IMG/VR virus record: IMGVR_UViG_3300045988_163359 | Direction: 5' to 3' (one strand) | Source: a virus | Length of the DNA stretch: 64,000 nucleotides | Shown: positions 36,830 through 44,018 of the stretch, one piece after another | How the letters are laid out: each line of letters starts with the position of its first letter | Numbering within the stretch: position 1 is the first letter of the stretch | Notes under the pieces: model-generated | The model's input: only the letters and a program-made list of their open reading frames with translations | Databases searched by the model: none | Told to the model about the DNA's origin: nothing | Position numbers and translations under genes: made by a program

Positions 36830-36836
36830 TATTAAA

Positions 36837-36866
36837 AGCTAGGGGATACTCTCCTCTAGCTTTTTT
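36837..36866 (+). terminator. rho-independent terminator of the lysis operon
   Basis: AGCTAGGGGA-loop-TCCTCTAGCT followed by T6. Confidence 0.65.
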
Positions 36867-36878
36867 GTTTTAGACAGC

Positions 36879-36910
36879 AAAAAACCACTCAAACGCCAAT
36901 AAGAGTGGTT
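36879..36910 (-). terminator. minus-strand rho-independent terminator downstream of the CRISPR array
   Basis: On the minus strand: AACCACTC-TTATTGGCGTTT-GAGTGGTT followed by a T-run. Confidence 0.6.
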
Positions 36911-37042
36911 CTGATGATAAATAAAACTATTAAAGAACTTCCACTCTAGCGCAAATAGAATGTAGTTCTTTGATTACTCAAATGGCGATAAGGGTGGTTT
37001 TTAACATAAGTTTATAATCATTTTTCAAATTGTGATATTATA

Positions 37043-37299
37043 GTTTTAATCCTTGTTCAACTGGAATATATTCTGTTACTGTTACAAACTTTGGCCGAGT
37101 GTTCTCCAGTAAATAGTTTTAATCCTTGTTCAACTGGAATATATTCTGTTACTTAAATTGGATTGTTATAATTTAAAAGCAGGAAAGAGTTTTAATCCTT
37201 GTTCAACTGGAATATATTCTGTTACATTTCTATTGTTTTTTCTGTTACAATGAACATAACAAGTTTTAATCCTTGTTTAATTAGAATATATTCTGTTAC
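37043..37299 (-). CRISPR. mini CRISPR array: 4 repeats of 37 nt, 3 spacers of 36-37 nt
   Basis: Plus-strand repeat GTTTTAATCCTTGTTCAACTGGAATATATTCTGTTAC at 37043, 37116 and 37189 (all identical), and at 37263 (3 transitions). Spacers are unique. Strand inferred from the anti-repeat wobble pattern and the terminator. Confidence 0.85.
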
Positions 37300-37439
37300 T
37301 CGTATTGACTGGAATTGAGTAATTCCAATACTTGTAACAATTGATTCAATTTCAAATATGTTTGAAAAACAATTATTATTTTGAAAATAACATATTCAAC
37401 AAGGTATTAACATATACTCCTAATTTAGTAATATCAATC

Positions 37440-37618
37440 AATACAAGGATTGAACTAATATATATCAATAATCTTGTAATAACAGAACATATTCCAATTA
37501 ACAAGGTTCCTTCTTCAAGGGATTCCCTTTTGCCTAAGCTACTTGGGTTTGTGTAATCCTCCAAAGGCATCAATTCGGGGTTAAACCTCCCTACATACCG
37601 AATTAATCTTGCTAGTGA
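37440..37618 (-). ncRNA. putative tracrRNA / omega-RNA-derived scaffold with anti-repeat (37476-37508); boundaries uncertain
   Basis: Segment complementary to the CRISPR repeat (23/26 core identities, 2 G:U-compatible changes, 1 bulge). 7-bp hairpin AATTCGG/CCGAATT at 37572-37604. Immediately 3' of tnpB. Confidence 0.55.
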
Positions 37619-38761
37619 TTATTGTTCGGTTTGATAATTTGCTAAATTTATAGCAGCATTTAAATCCCTATCAATTACAGTACCACATTCAGGACAAGTA
37701 TATGTTCTATCACTTAATTTCAAGTCCTTCTTAATATGTCCACAATTAGAACAAGTTTTACTACTTGGATACCATCTATCTGCTTTTACTAGCTCAATAC
37801 CTTTATATTTACATTTATATTCAAGCTGTTTTGTTATTTCATATAAACCTTGTTTCCCTATTGATTCTGATAGATGTTTGTTTTTCATCATACCTTTTAT
37901 ATTTAAATCTTCTATTACGATTTTAGAAGGATTCATATTAACTATATCAGCAGTTATATTGTGATTATAGTTATTTCTAATATTAGCAAGTCTTTTGTGT
38001 AGTTTATTAATTTCCTTTTCAAGTTTCACTATATTATTTGTTTTATTATAGATTTTTCCTTGTCTATTTTGTTCATATTTTCTGCTCACCTGTCTTTGTA
38101 GTTTTTTTAGTCTTTTTTCTATTCTCTTTATATGAGCAGTTTTATTAATATTTTTATATTTTTTGCCTGTACTAAGTATTGCAGTATCTTTCAACCCTAA
38201 ATCAATTCCTATTGTTCCATTAAGTTCTGAACTAGTGTAATCTTCTTCATCTACTCCAACTGATATATACCAATTAAGTCCGTCAAAAGTAACTCTAGGA
38301 TTACTATATTTTTTCACAATAGGTACATAGTTTTTCCTACTTAGTTTCACTATCCCAATTTTCGGCAATTTAACTTGATTTTCGTTAAATCTAATTGCTT
38401 GATAATTAGGCATGAATGAAGGTGTTGAGTGTTTTTTGCTTTTAAATTTTGGATAACCTATTTTCTGACCTTTTTTACAACCTCGAAAAAAGTTTTTGAA
38501 TGATGTACAGGCATCTGTATATGCTCCAACAAGTGCTATACTATCAACTTCCTTTAGCCAACTATACTCATCTTGTTTTTTTAGTGCAGTTAAATGTTTA
38601 CTCATACCCATAGCACTTACAAATTTTTCCCCTTGTTCTCGTCTTTCCTTTTGGAAAGCTAAGCACCAGTTGTATACGAATCTAGTACACCCAGCAGTCC
38701 TGAACATCAATTCCATTTGTTCTTTTGTAGGTTCTAGTCTTACTTTATAACTTTTTATCAT
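37619..38761 (-). CDS. tnpB: TnpB-type RNA-guided RuvC nuclease (IS605 OrfB family), 380 aa
   Basis: MIKSYKVRLEPTKEQ N-terminus. RuvC-I GIDLGLKD, RuvC-II VIEDLNIKG. Zn ribbon CSNCGH..CPECG. RuvC-III DRDLNAAINL. Confidence 0.85.
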   Translation of the reverse strand: MIKSYKVRLEPTKEQMELMFRTAGCTRFVYNWCLAFQKERREQGEKFVSAMGMSKHLTALKKQDEYSWLKEVDSIALVGAYTDACTSFKNFFRGCKKGQKIGYPKFKSKKHSTPSFMPNYQAIRFNENQVKLPKIGIVKLSRKNYVPIVKKYSNPRVTFDGLNWYISVGVDEEDYTSSELNGTIGIDLGLKDTAILSTGKKYKNINKTAHIKRIEKRLKKLQRQVSRKYEQNRQGKIYNKTNNIVKLEKEINKLHKRLANIRNNYNHNITADIVNMNPSKIVIEDLNIKGMMKNKHLSESIGKQGLYEITKQLEYKCKYKGIELVKADRWYPSSKTCSNCGHIKKDLKLSDRTYTCPECGTVIDRDLNAAINLANYQTEQ

Positions 38762-38883
38762 TTTTCGTCACCTCCTTATATATCTATTATATAACTTTTA
38801 TATATAAAAAACAAGTAAAAAGTTATATAACTTGACTATAATTTTTATATATAGTAAGATTTTATAAAAAAGGAAGTGATACT

Positions 38884-39030
38884 ATGGCAGTTAAACAAAG
38901 TAAAGTCGGAGTGCTTATAAATATGGATAGGGAATTAAAATCCAAATTAGAAGAATTAGCAAAAAACGATTGTAGGTCTTTAACAAATTTAATTAATAAA
39001 ATTTTAAATGATTATATTAATAGTAAATAA
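38884..39030 (+). CDS. ribbon-helix-helix (CopG/Arc-like) protein, 48 aa
   Basis: Not in the track. VGVLINMDRELKSKLEELAKNDCRSLTNLINKIL is a beta-strand plus two helices, the RHH pattern. Confidence 0.55.
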   Translation: MAVKQSKVGVLINMDRELKSKLEELAKNDCRSLTNLINKILNDYINSK

Positions 39031-39036
39031 ACAAAA

Positions 39037-39064
39037 AAGCTAAGGCTATCTGAAACCTTAGCTT
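39037..39064. terminator. bidirectional terminator hairpin
   Basis: AAGCTAAGG-loop-CCTTAGCTT flanked by an A-run and a T-run, between convergent genes. Confidence 0.6.
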
Positions 39065-39070
39065 ATCTTT

Positions 39071-39361
39071 TTAATCAGGCATTTCTTCTTCCATTTTAAG
39101 AAGACTTTCTCTTACAATTCTTTGATCTTCATCTTCTTCTATTTGTTCTGTATTTTTTATTTGTTTAGCAACTTGTGAAACATCACCAAGAGTTACATTA
39201 ACTTGTATATTGTTGAAGTCAATTTGTTTTAGGATATTCCACTCACTTAATATTACTTGTATTGCATCATTTCTGCTTGATAAATCTCTTTCTGCTTGAA
39301 ACTTGCTTATCATATCCCAAAAATTTTCTTCTATATATACTGTACTTGATTTTTTTGCCAT
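39071..39361 (-). CDS. parR: ParR-like centromere-binding adaptor
   Basis: 96 aa, directly downstream of the parM-like gene. RHH-like N-terminus, acidic C-terminus. Confidence 0.5.
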   Translation of the reverse strand: MAKKSSTVYIEENFWDMISKFQAERDLSSRNDAIQVILSEWNILKQIDFNNIQVNVTLGDVSQVAKQIKNTEQIEEDEDQRIVRESLLKMEEEMPD

Positions 39362-39373
39362 AATTAATCACCT

Positions 39374-40297
39374 TTAAAATTTTAATTTTGCAAACTTAAA
39401 TAATCCAATTGCAGTAGCCATTTGAGAATTATCAACTCTATCAAAGTCATCAGAAGGTTCAAGATTTAAAGAAGTTCCACCTGCTAAATATAACTTCATT
39501 TCATCTTTGTTTATCCAATTTTCTTCTACTATTTGATTTACTTTTTCAGAACCTAATTTATATGCTTTCTTTTTAAGTAGATCATAATCATCAGAACTAT
39601 CTATTTCGTTTACACTTTTTGCAATTCCACTTGCCATTAAATTATCTTGTATTATTTTTAGCATTGTACTGTTTCCGTATTCAACAGTATTAGATAATCT
39701 GTCATTAAATTGGAAACCTTTATCAAAATATGATAGTTCCATAGTTCTGAAACCAACGTTAACAAGTCCTACTGGCTTATCTTTATTTACCTTTCCATTA
39801 ATAGCATAGTATAAAGCCGCATCGCCCTCTCTAGCGATTGTTACATCTTCTATAAATATTTTCTTAGTTGCATTTGTTATATTGTCTTTTATAGTGATTG
39901 TTTCGCCTTTATATGTATTTACTATGTCAGCTAATACTGATTTCTTATAGTTTTTATATGGTACTCCAAATACTACTTTTACAGTATCTTTTACTGCTAT
40001 ATCGTTTAGTGCTGATGCAAATAATATCTTCATAGTATCACTTGTTTTTGAATCTTGTGAATTTCTTATAGAAGAATAAGATTCTCTTTCTGCTAATAAA
40101 CCAACGAAATAGTCTTCACCTTCTATATTTAAGTATTTAGGTTTTTCGTAATTTTCAAAGTCAACTTTACCTGAACGTCCATCACCATATACTGACTTAA
40201 ATATTGTTTGTTTTGCCTCTCCATCTACTTCTGTATAAGCCTTAATGTAACCTCTACCGCCATCAAAACCTATAAATTGAACATCTTTTTTAGCCAT
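39374..40297 (-). CDS. parM: ParM/Alp-type actin-like plasmid segregation ATPase
   Basis: FIGFDGGRGYIKAY phosphate-1 motif, VNVGFRTMEL, YLAGGTS adenosine motif. 307 aa. Confidence 0.7.
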   Translation of the reverse strand: MAKKDVQFIGFDGGRGYIKAYTEVDGEAKQTIFKSVYGDGRSGKVDFENYEKPKYLNIEGEDYFVGLLAERESYSSIRNSQDSKTSDTMKILFASALNDIAVKDTVKVVFGVPYKNYKKSVLADIVNTYKGETITIKDNITNATKKIFIEDVTIAREGDAALYYAINGKVNKDKPVGLVNVGFRTMELSYFDKGFQFNDRLSNTVEYGNSTMLKIIQDNLMASGIAKSVNEIDSSDDYDLLKKKAYKLGSEKVNQIVEENWINKDEMKLYLAGGTSLNLEPSDDFDRVDNSQMATAIGLFKFAKLKF

Positions 40298-40330
40298 ATA
40301 TAAATCCCTCCTAATGTTAGTTGATATTTT

Positions 40331-40502
40331 AATAATATCTTAATTAAAGTATATGATAAAAAAATACAAAAGTCAATAAAATAGTTTAAATATTAATAAC
40401 ATCTTAATTATTGTTTAAATTTTGTTAATATGTTAATATATATTTTAGTTAATATTTTATTAAAATGTTGTTTATAGTTAAAATAATGTTAATATCTTAA
40501 CC
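40331..40502. promoter_or_regulatory. parC-like repeat region upstream of parM
   Basis: AATAATATCTTAATTA (40331-46), AATAACATCTTAATTA (40395-410), GTTAATATCTTAACC (40488-502) and the related GTTAATATGTTAATAT. Confidence 0.5.
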
Positions 40503-40544
40503 AATATTATTATTTTAGAATTATATATTGATTTTTGTTTTTTA

Positions 40545-40582
40545 AAGTGATACACTTTTTAAAAAGAGAAGTGACACACTTT
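40545..40582 (+). promoter_or_regulatory. direct repeats AAGTGA(T)ACACTTT x2, putative operator
   Basis: 40545-58 and 40569-82, just upstream of the RHH gene RBS. Confidence 0.4.
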
Positions 40583-40602
40583 ACAGATAGGAGGTTTTTT
40601 AT

Positions 40603-40758
40603 TTGGCTGTTTCAAAAGACAATACAAGAATAAATGTGAAACTCTCAAAAGCAGACAAGGCTCTTTTAAAAGAGTTAATGGAAAAGGAAGGATATAAATC
40701 AATGTCAAAATTTGCAGAGAATATCCTTATTAATTACATGAAAAATAAAGAAAAATAA
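40603..40758 (+). CDS. CopG-like ribbon-helix-helix protein, 51 aa
   Basis: Not in the track. TTG start with AGGAGG RBS. TRINVKLSKADKALLKELMEKEGYKSMSKFAENIL fits the RHH pattern. Sits upstream of rep. Confidence 0.55.
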   Translation: MAVSKDNTRINVKLSKADKALLKELMEKEGYKSMSKFAENILINYMKNKEK

Positions 40759-40950
40759 ACATAAAAAAACCTACTTTTTTGATCGCGCCAACAATCAAAT
40801 TGTACAGAAACTGTAGCAAAGTAGGTCTATCTTGTATCACATATATCAATATTGTATTTATATTATATCATGCATTTATTATATTTTCAATTCTTTAAGA
40901 TAGATAAAACTTGCTACAAATCGATAAAATTCAACAGGAGGAAAAGAAAT

Positions 40951-42045
40951 ATGTCTAAATTTAAAAGCAGTAATGAATCTATATTTATAGCAAGTTCAAA
41001 ATTAGCACAAGGTTTTACTGTTATACCTAATGAAATTATGAATGACATGAAGTTGATGGGTCCAGATGCTTATTTTGTATTCGGTAAAATTTTACAATAC
41101 ATAACCAATCCTGATCATAAAATTACAATACAGGGTTTATCTACTCAATTAGGAGTAAGTAAAACAAGAGTATCTAACGGTCTAAATAAACTTATAGAAA
41201 TCGGTTACATAAAAAGAACACCTCTAAAAAACGGTAACCTTACAAATGGTTATTTATACGAAGTTTTTAGCGAAAAACAAAACGTAGATATTACGAACGT
41301 AAACGATAACGTAAATACGAACGTAAGCGAAAAAACTAATAACGATGAAAGCGTTGAAAACACTACATCTCACCGTAATCCTAAAAACTGGGATACCGAA
41401 AATAGGGATACCAATTTCTGCGATACCGATTTTCGATACGCTAATAAAGAAAATAATAATAACAACTATATTAATAAAGAAAATGAAGTTGTTGTTGGTG
41501 TTGAAAAAGAAACAAAACTTATAGAATTATATAAGTCTTTTAAAATTGAAAAAAGATTTATGCCACATACTAAAAAACTACTTTTAGAATATGCAAATAA
41601 ATTTGATTTAGATGTATTTGAACAAGTTTTTATAGCAGCAAGTGAAGAAAGTGTTAGTAAAAAATATGCTTATATGAAACAAGTTTTTGAAAATCTAGAT
41701 AAAAAAAATATAGTAACTTTAGATGATTATCAAAAGGATCAAGCAGAATTTAAAAATAAAAAACAAAATAAAAAAGACAAAGGAAAAACTGTTACAAAAG
41801 ATACTGGAAAAGAAAATAAAAAACCTTTAACAAAGTATCACGATACATTTAATGAACACTATAAAAATTATACATCTGATGAATTAGACGATAAGCTTAG
41901 ACAGTCTAAATCTAATAACAATAATAATTTAGAAGAACAATTATATTTAGCAGCAGTTGAAAATGGTTTTAATTCTTTAAGCGATTTGTCACAAAGTAGA
42001 GTATTACATTATGCTACAGAAAATAATTTAGATATTCCAAAATAA
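40951..42045 (+). CDS. replication initiator (N-terminal wHTH, C-terminal DnaD-like domain)
   Basis: FTVIPNEIMNDM..GPDAYFVFGKILQYI..LSTQLGVSKTRVSNGLNKLIEIGYIKR. C-terminal ..LLLEYANKFDLDVFEQVFIAA..KKYAYMKQVFENL. Confidence 0.65.
   Translation: MSKFKSSNESIFIASSKLAQGFTVIPNEIMNDMKLMGPDAYFVFGKILQYITNPDHKITIQGLSTQLGVSKTRVSNGLNKLIEIGYIKRTPLKNGNLTNGYLYEVFSEKQNVDITNVNDNVNTNVSEKTNNDESVENTTSHRNPKNWDTENRDTNFCDTDFRYANKENNNNNYINKENEVVVGVEKETKLIELYKSFKIEKRFMPHTKKLLLEYANKFDLDVFEQVFIAASEESVSKKYAYMKQVFENLDKKNIVTLDDYQKDQAEFKNKKQNKKDKGKTVTKDTGKENKKPLTKYHDTFNEHYKNYTSDELDDKLRQSKSNNNNNLEEQLYLAAVENGFNSLSDLSQSRVLHYATENNLDIPK
41281..41441 (+). repeat. iteron-like repeats inside rep
   Basis: ACGAACGTAA x2, GATAACGTAA, then GGGATACCGAAAAT / GGGATACCAATTT / GCGATACCGATTTT / CGATACGC. 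Confidence 0.6.
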
Positions 42046-42058
42046 GGGTGGTGATAAT

Positions 42059-42178
42059 ATGCTAAAGATAAGAATTACATATAACTATGAAAGACCAGAA
42101 GAATTGGAAGAGGCTTATAAAAGCAGAGGTAAAAGTAAGTATTCTAGCATCTATTTAGATGTTGAAATAAAAAAATAA
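42059..42178 (+). CDS. small hypothetical protein (39 aa)
   Basis: Not in the track. GGTGGTG RBS. Confidence 0.3.
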   Translation: MLKIRITYNYERPEELEEAYKSRGKSKYSSIYLDVEIKK

Positions 42179-42293
42179 AATAAAAAAGTCGCCCACACAA
42201 AGATGAGCGACCCTGGAAGTTACAACTATGTTATAACTAACCGTAGCAAGTAAATTATAACATAGTTTTTCTCCAGGAGGAAGGGGAAGAATA

Positions 42294-42488
42294 ATGAGAA
42301 GACATAAAGTCAAAATGTTCGACGATAATATGAATTTAGAAAAAATATTTTTTGTCGATGTATTGTCAGATGAAGAAAAGGCAATAAAAAGAAAAGAGGA
42401 AGAAATAAAAGATTTTTTGTATTCTAATCCAATTTTAAGAATACTTGTAATTAAGATATTAGATTGGAGGGGTTGGAATGCAAAATGA
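42294..42488 (+). CDS. hypothetical protein
   Basis: GGAGGAAGGGGA RBS region, 64 aa. Confidence 0.45.
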   Translation: MRRHKVKMFDDNMNLEKIFFVDVLSDEEKAIKRKEEEIKDFLYSNPILRILVIKILDWRGWNAK

Positions 42489-43128
42489 TAGTATAGAAAT
42501 ATTAGATAGAGATAGAAAAACAAAAGCAACTTATATTTTAAGTAAAGAAGAACATTTAGAAGGATATAAAGAAAAAACTGAATATAATTCATGGATTGAG
42601 GTTGTATTTGCCCTTGTAATAAAATTTTGTAGATTTAGCTTGTATTTAGTCATTAATCTTTTGAAAATGTTTATAAAAGCCATAGAGGGGATATTTTTAA
42701 GAGATTATGAACCTTTTAAACCTATTAGTGATGCATATAAAAAAAATCAAGATAAAAAAGCAGAAGATTATATTAAAAGAAATACAAAACCACATGCAGT
42801 AACTTCACATAACTATGAGTTCATCAGAAGCAAAGTATTTGCAAGAAACTATTTAAAAATAGATAAATTACTTTCTAATTGTGCAAAACACGATGCAGAA
42901 ATGAACGAAGATCTATATAAAGATATTATGAAAAGACTAGATATTATTATCACAGAAGCAGAAAGACAGGCTCATGCAGAGGGATATAAATTTGCAAAGA
43001 AAACTAGATATAAATTTGAAAGCACAGAGGAATTTGACAAATATATTGAAGATAGAGTTTTAAGAGGGGAGGATTATCGTGAGTATAACAGAGAACAACT
43101 GGAAGAACTTGATGAAAGATACAATTAA
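42478..43128 (+). CDS. hypothetical membrane-associated protein
   Basis: 216 aa. One hydrophobic segment (WIEVVFALVIKFCRFSLYLVINLL). Confidence 0.45.
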   Translation: MQNDSIEILDRDRKTKATYILSKEEHLEGYKEKTEYNSWIEVVFALVIKFCRFSLYLVINLLKMFIKAIEGIFLRDYEPFKPISDAYKKNQDKKAEDYIKRNTKPHAVTSHNYEFIRSKVFARNYLKIDKLLSNCAKHDAEMNEDLYKDIMKRLDIIITEAERQAHAEGYKFAKKTRYKFESTEEFDKYIEDRVLRGEDYREYNREQLEELDERYN

Positions 43129-43423
43129 AGATTATTTATTTATAGGTGAAGATGCTGTTCCAGTTACAAACTTTGATGATTATTACATAACAAGTTTTGG
43201 AAGAGTATTTAGCAGCAAGAAAAGATTTGAACATCAAACACTAGATAAAATTGATTATGGAAGTGTTGTTTGGAAAGAGTTGAAAGTTTTTTATACTCAT
43301 AGATATAAAACTGTAACATTGGTCCAAAATGGTAAGAGAAAAAATATTCCAGTTCATAAATTGGTTTACGAAGGATTCTTTGGAGCATATAATACAAGAT
43401 TTTTAAATAATGATAGTGGGTAA
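43079..43423 (+). pseudogene. truncated NUMOD4/HNH_3-type homing endonuclease remnant
   Basis: YYITSFGRVFS (NUMOD4-like) and VHKLVYEGFFG are present, but the ORF stops before the H-N-H catalytic box. Confidence 0.4.
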
Positions 43424-43517
43424 GAGTGACAGGGACAATCGACATGACAGGGACTATTTTTGCCGACTATTTAGGTTTTAAAGTTGAATGATATTAATTA
43501 GAGAAGGGGTAAGAAAA

Positions 43518-43820
43518 ATGAAAAATAATAACATTAAAAAATTAGTTGAACAATGGGAAATTAAAAAATTTCTAGAGCCATTTGAAGGAGAAAAAGTTAG
43601 TGTATATGTATTAACTATTTCTGGAGTGGATTTTAGCATGTCAAATGCAACTGTAAAATATACAGATGATATTATTGAATTTAAAACTAAAAACTGTAAA
43701 ACAAATATGGTTATTCAAGCAATTAAAAGTTTAGAAATAGATGAAACAACAGAAGTTGCCAGAGTTAAGGCTAAAACTGAAAACGGAACTTTTGTAAAAT
43801 TTACTTATAAAAATATATAG
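43518..43820 (+). CDS. hypothetical protein
   Basis: GAAGGGG RBS. The stop codon TAG is the first triplet of 18-bp repeat copy 2. Confidence 0.5.
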   Translation: MKNNNIKKLVEQWEIKKFLEPFEGEKVSVYVLTISGVDFSMSNATVKYTDDIIEFKTKNCKTNMVIQAIKSLEIDETTEVARVKAKTENGTFVKFTYKNI

Positions 43821-43835
43821 GAATATGTTCCGATT
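43818..43835 (+). repeat. 18-bp repeat TAGGAATATGTTCCGATT, copy 2
   Basis: Perfect copy. Confidence 0.9.
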
Positions 43836-43923
43836 GTAATTGGAAATGAAAGGTGTTAATCTTATATTGTATAAGACTTAAAGTTTTAGCTATATTACTA
43901 ATATAAGTACTCCTTTCTTAAAG

Positions 43924-43959
43924 AATAACTACCTTTCCATCTGTGAGGTAGTTATTTTT
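43924..43959 (+). terminator. rho-independent terminator
   Basis: AATAACTACCT-loop-AGGTAGTTATT followed by a T-run. Confidence 0.6.
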
Positions 43960-44018
43960 AGTTAAACTTTAAGTGTAGTACGATAAAGTTATATACCTAA
44001 AATTTGTAGGAGAAAATC

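Noticed and set aside
36935-36998. Two further copies of the CACTC..GC..ATA..GTGGTT unit (36935-36969, 36974-36998), considered as a second repeat array or CRISPR leader element
   Set aside because: Only the 36883-36910 copy forms a good hairpin with a T-run (called as a minus-strand terminator). The others are degenerate, and their meaning cannot be supported.
37341-37573. Track ORFs 37341-37556 (+) and 37376-37573 (-) between the array and tnpB
   Set aside because: There is no RBS, the peptides are low-complexity, and the region contains the anti-repeat and hairpins. It is better explained as non-coding RNA.
42155-42592. 145-aa minus-strand ORF
   Set aside because: It is a hydrophobic low-complexity translation, overlaps two RBS-bearing + strand ORFs and a hairpin, and has no RBS.
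43424-43470. GACAGGGAC direct repeat after the truncated HNH remnant, and a possible continuation of the HNH domain in another frame
   Set aside because: The alternative frames do not give a convincing H-N-H box. The repeat is short and occurs only twice.
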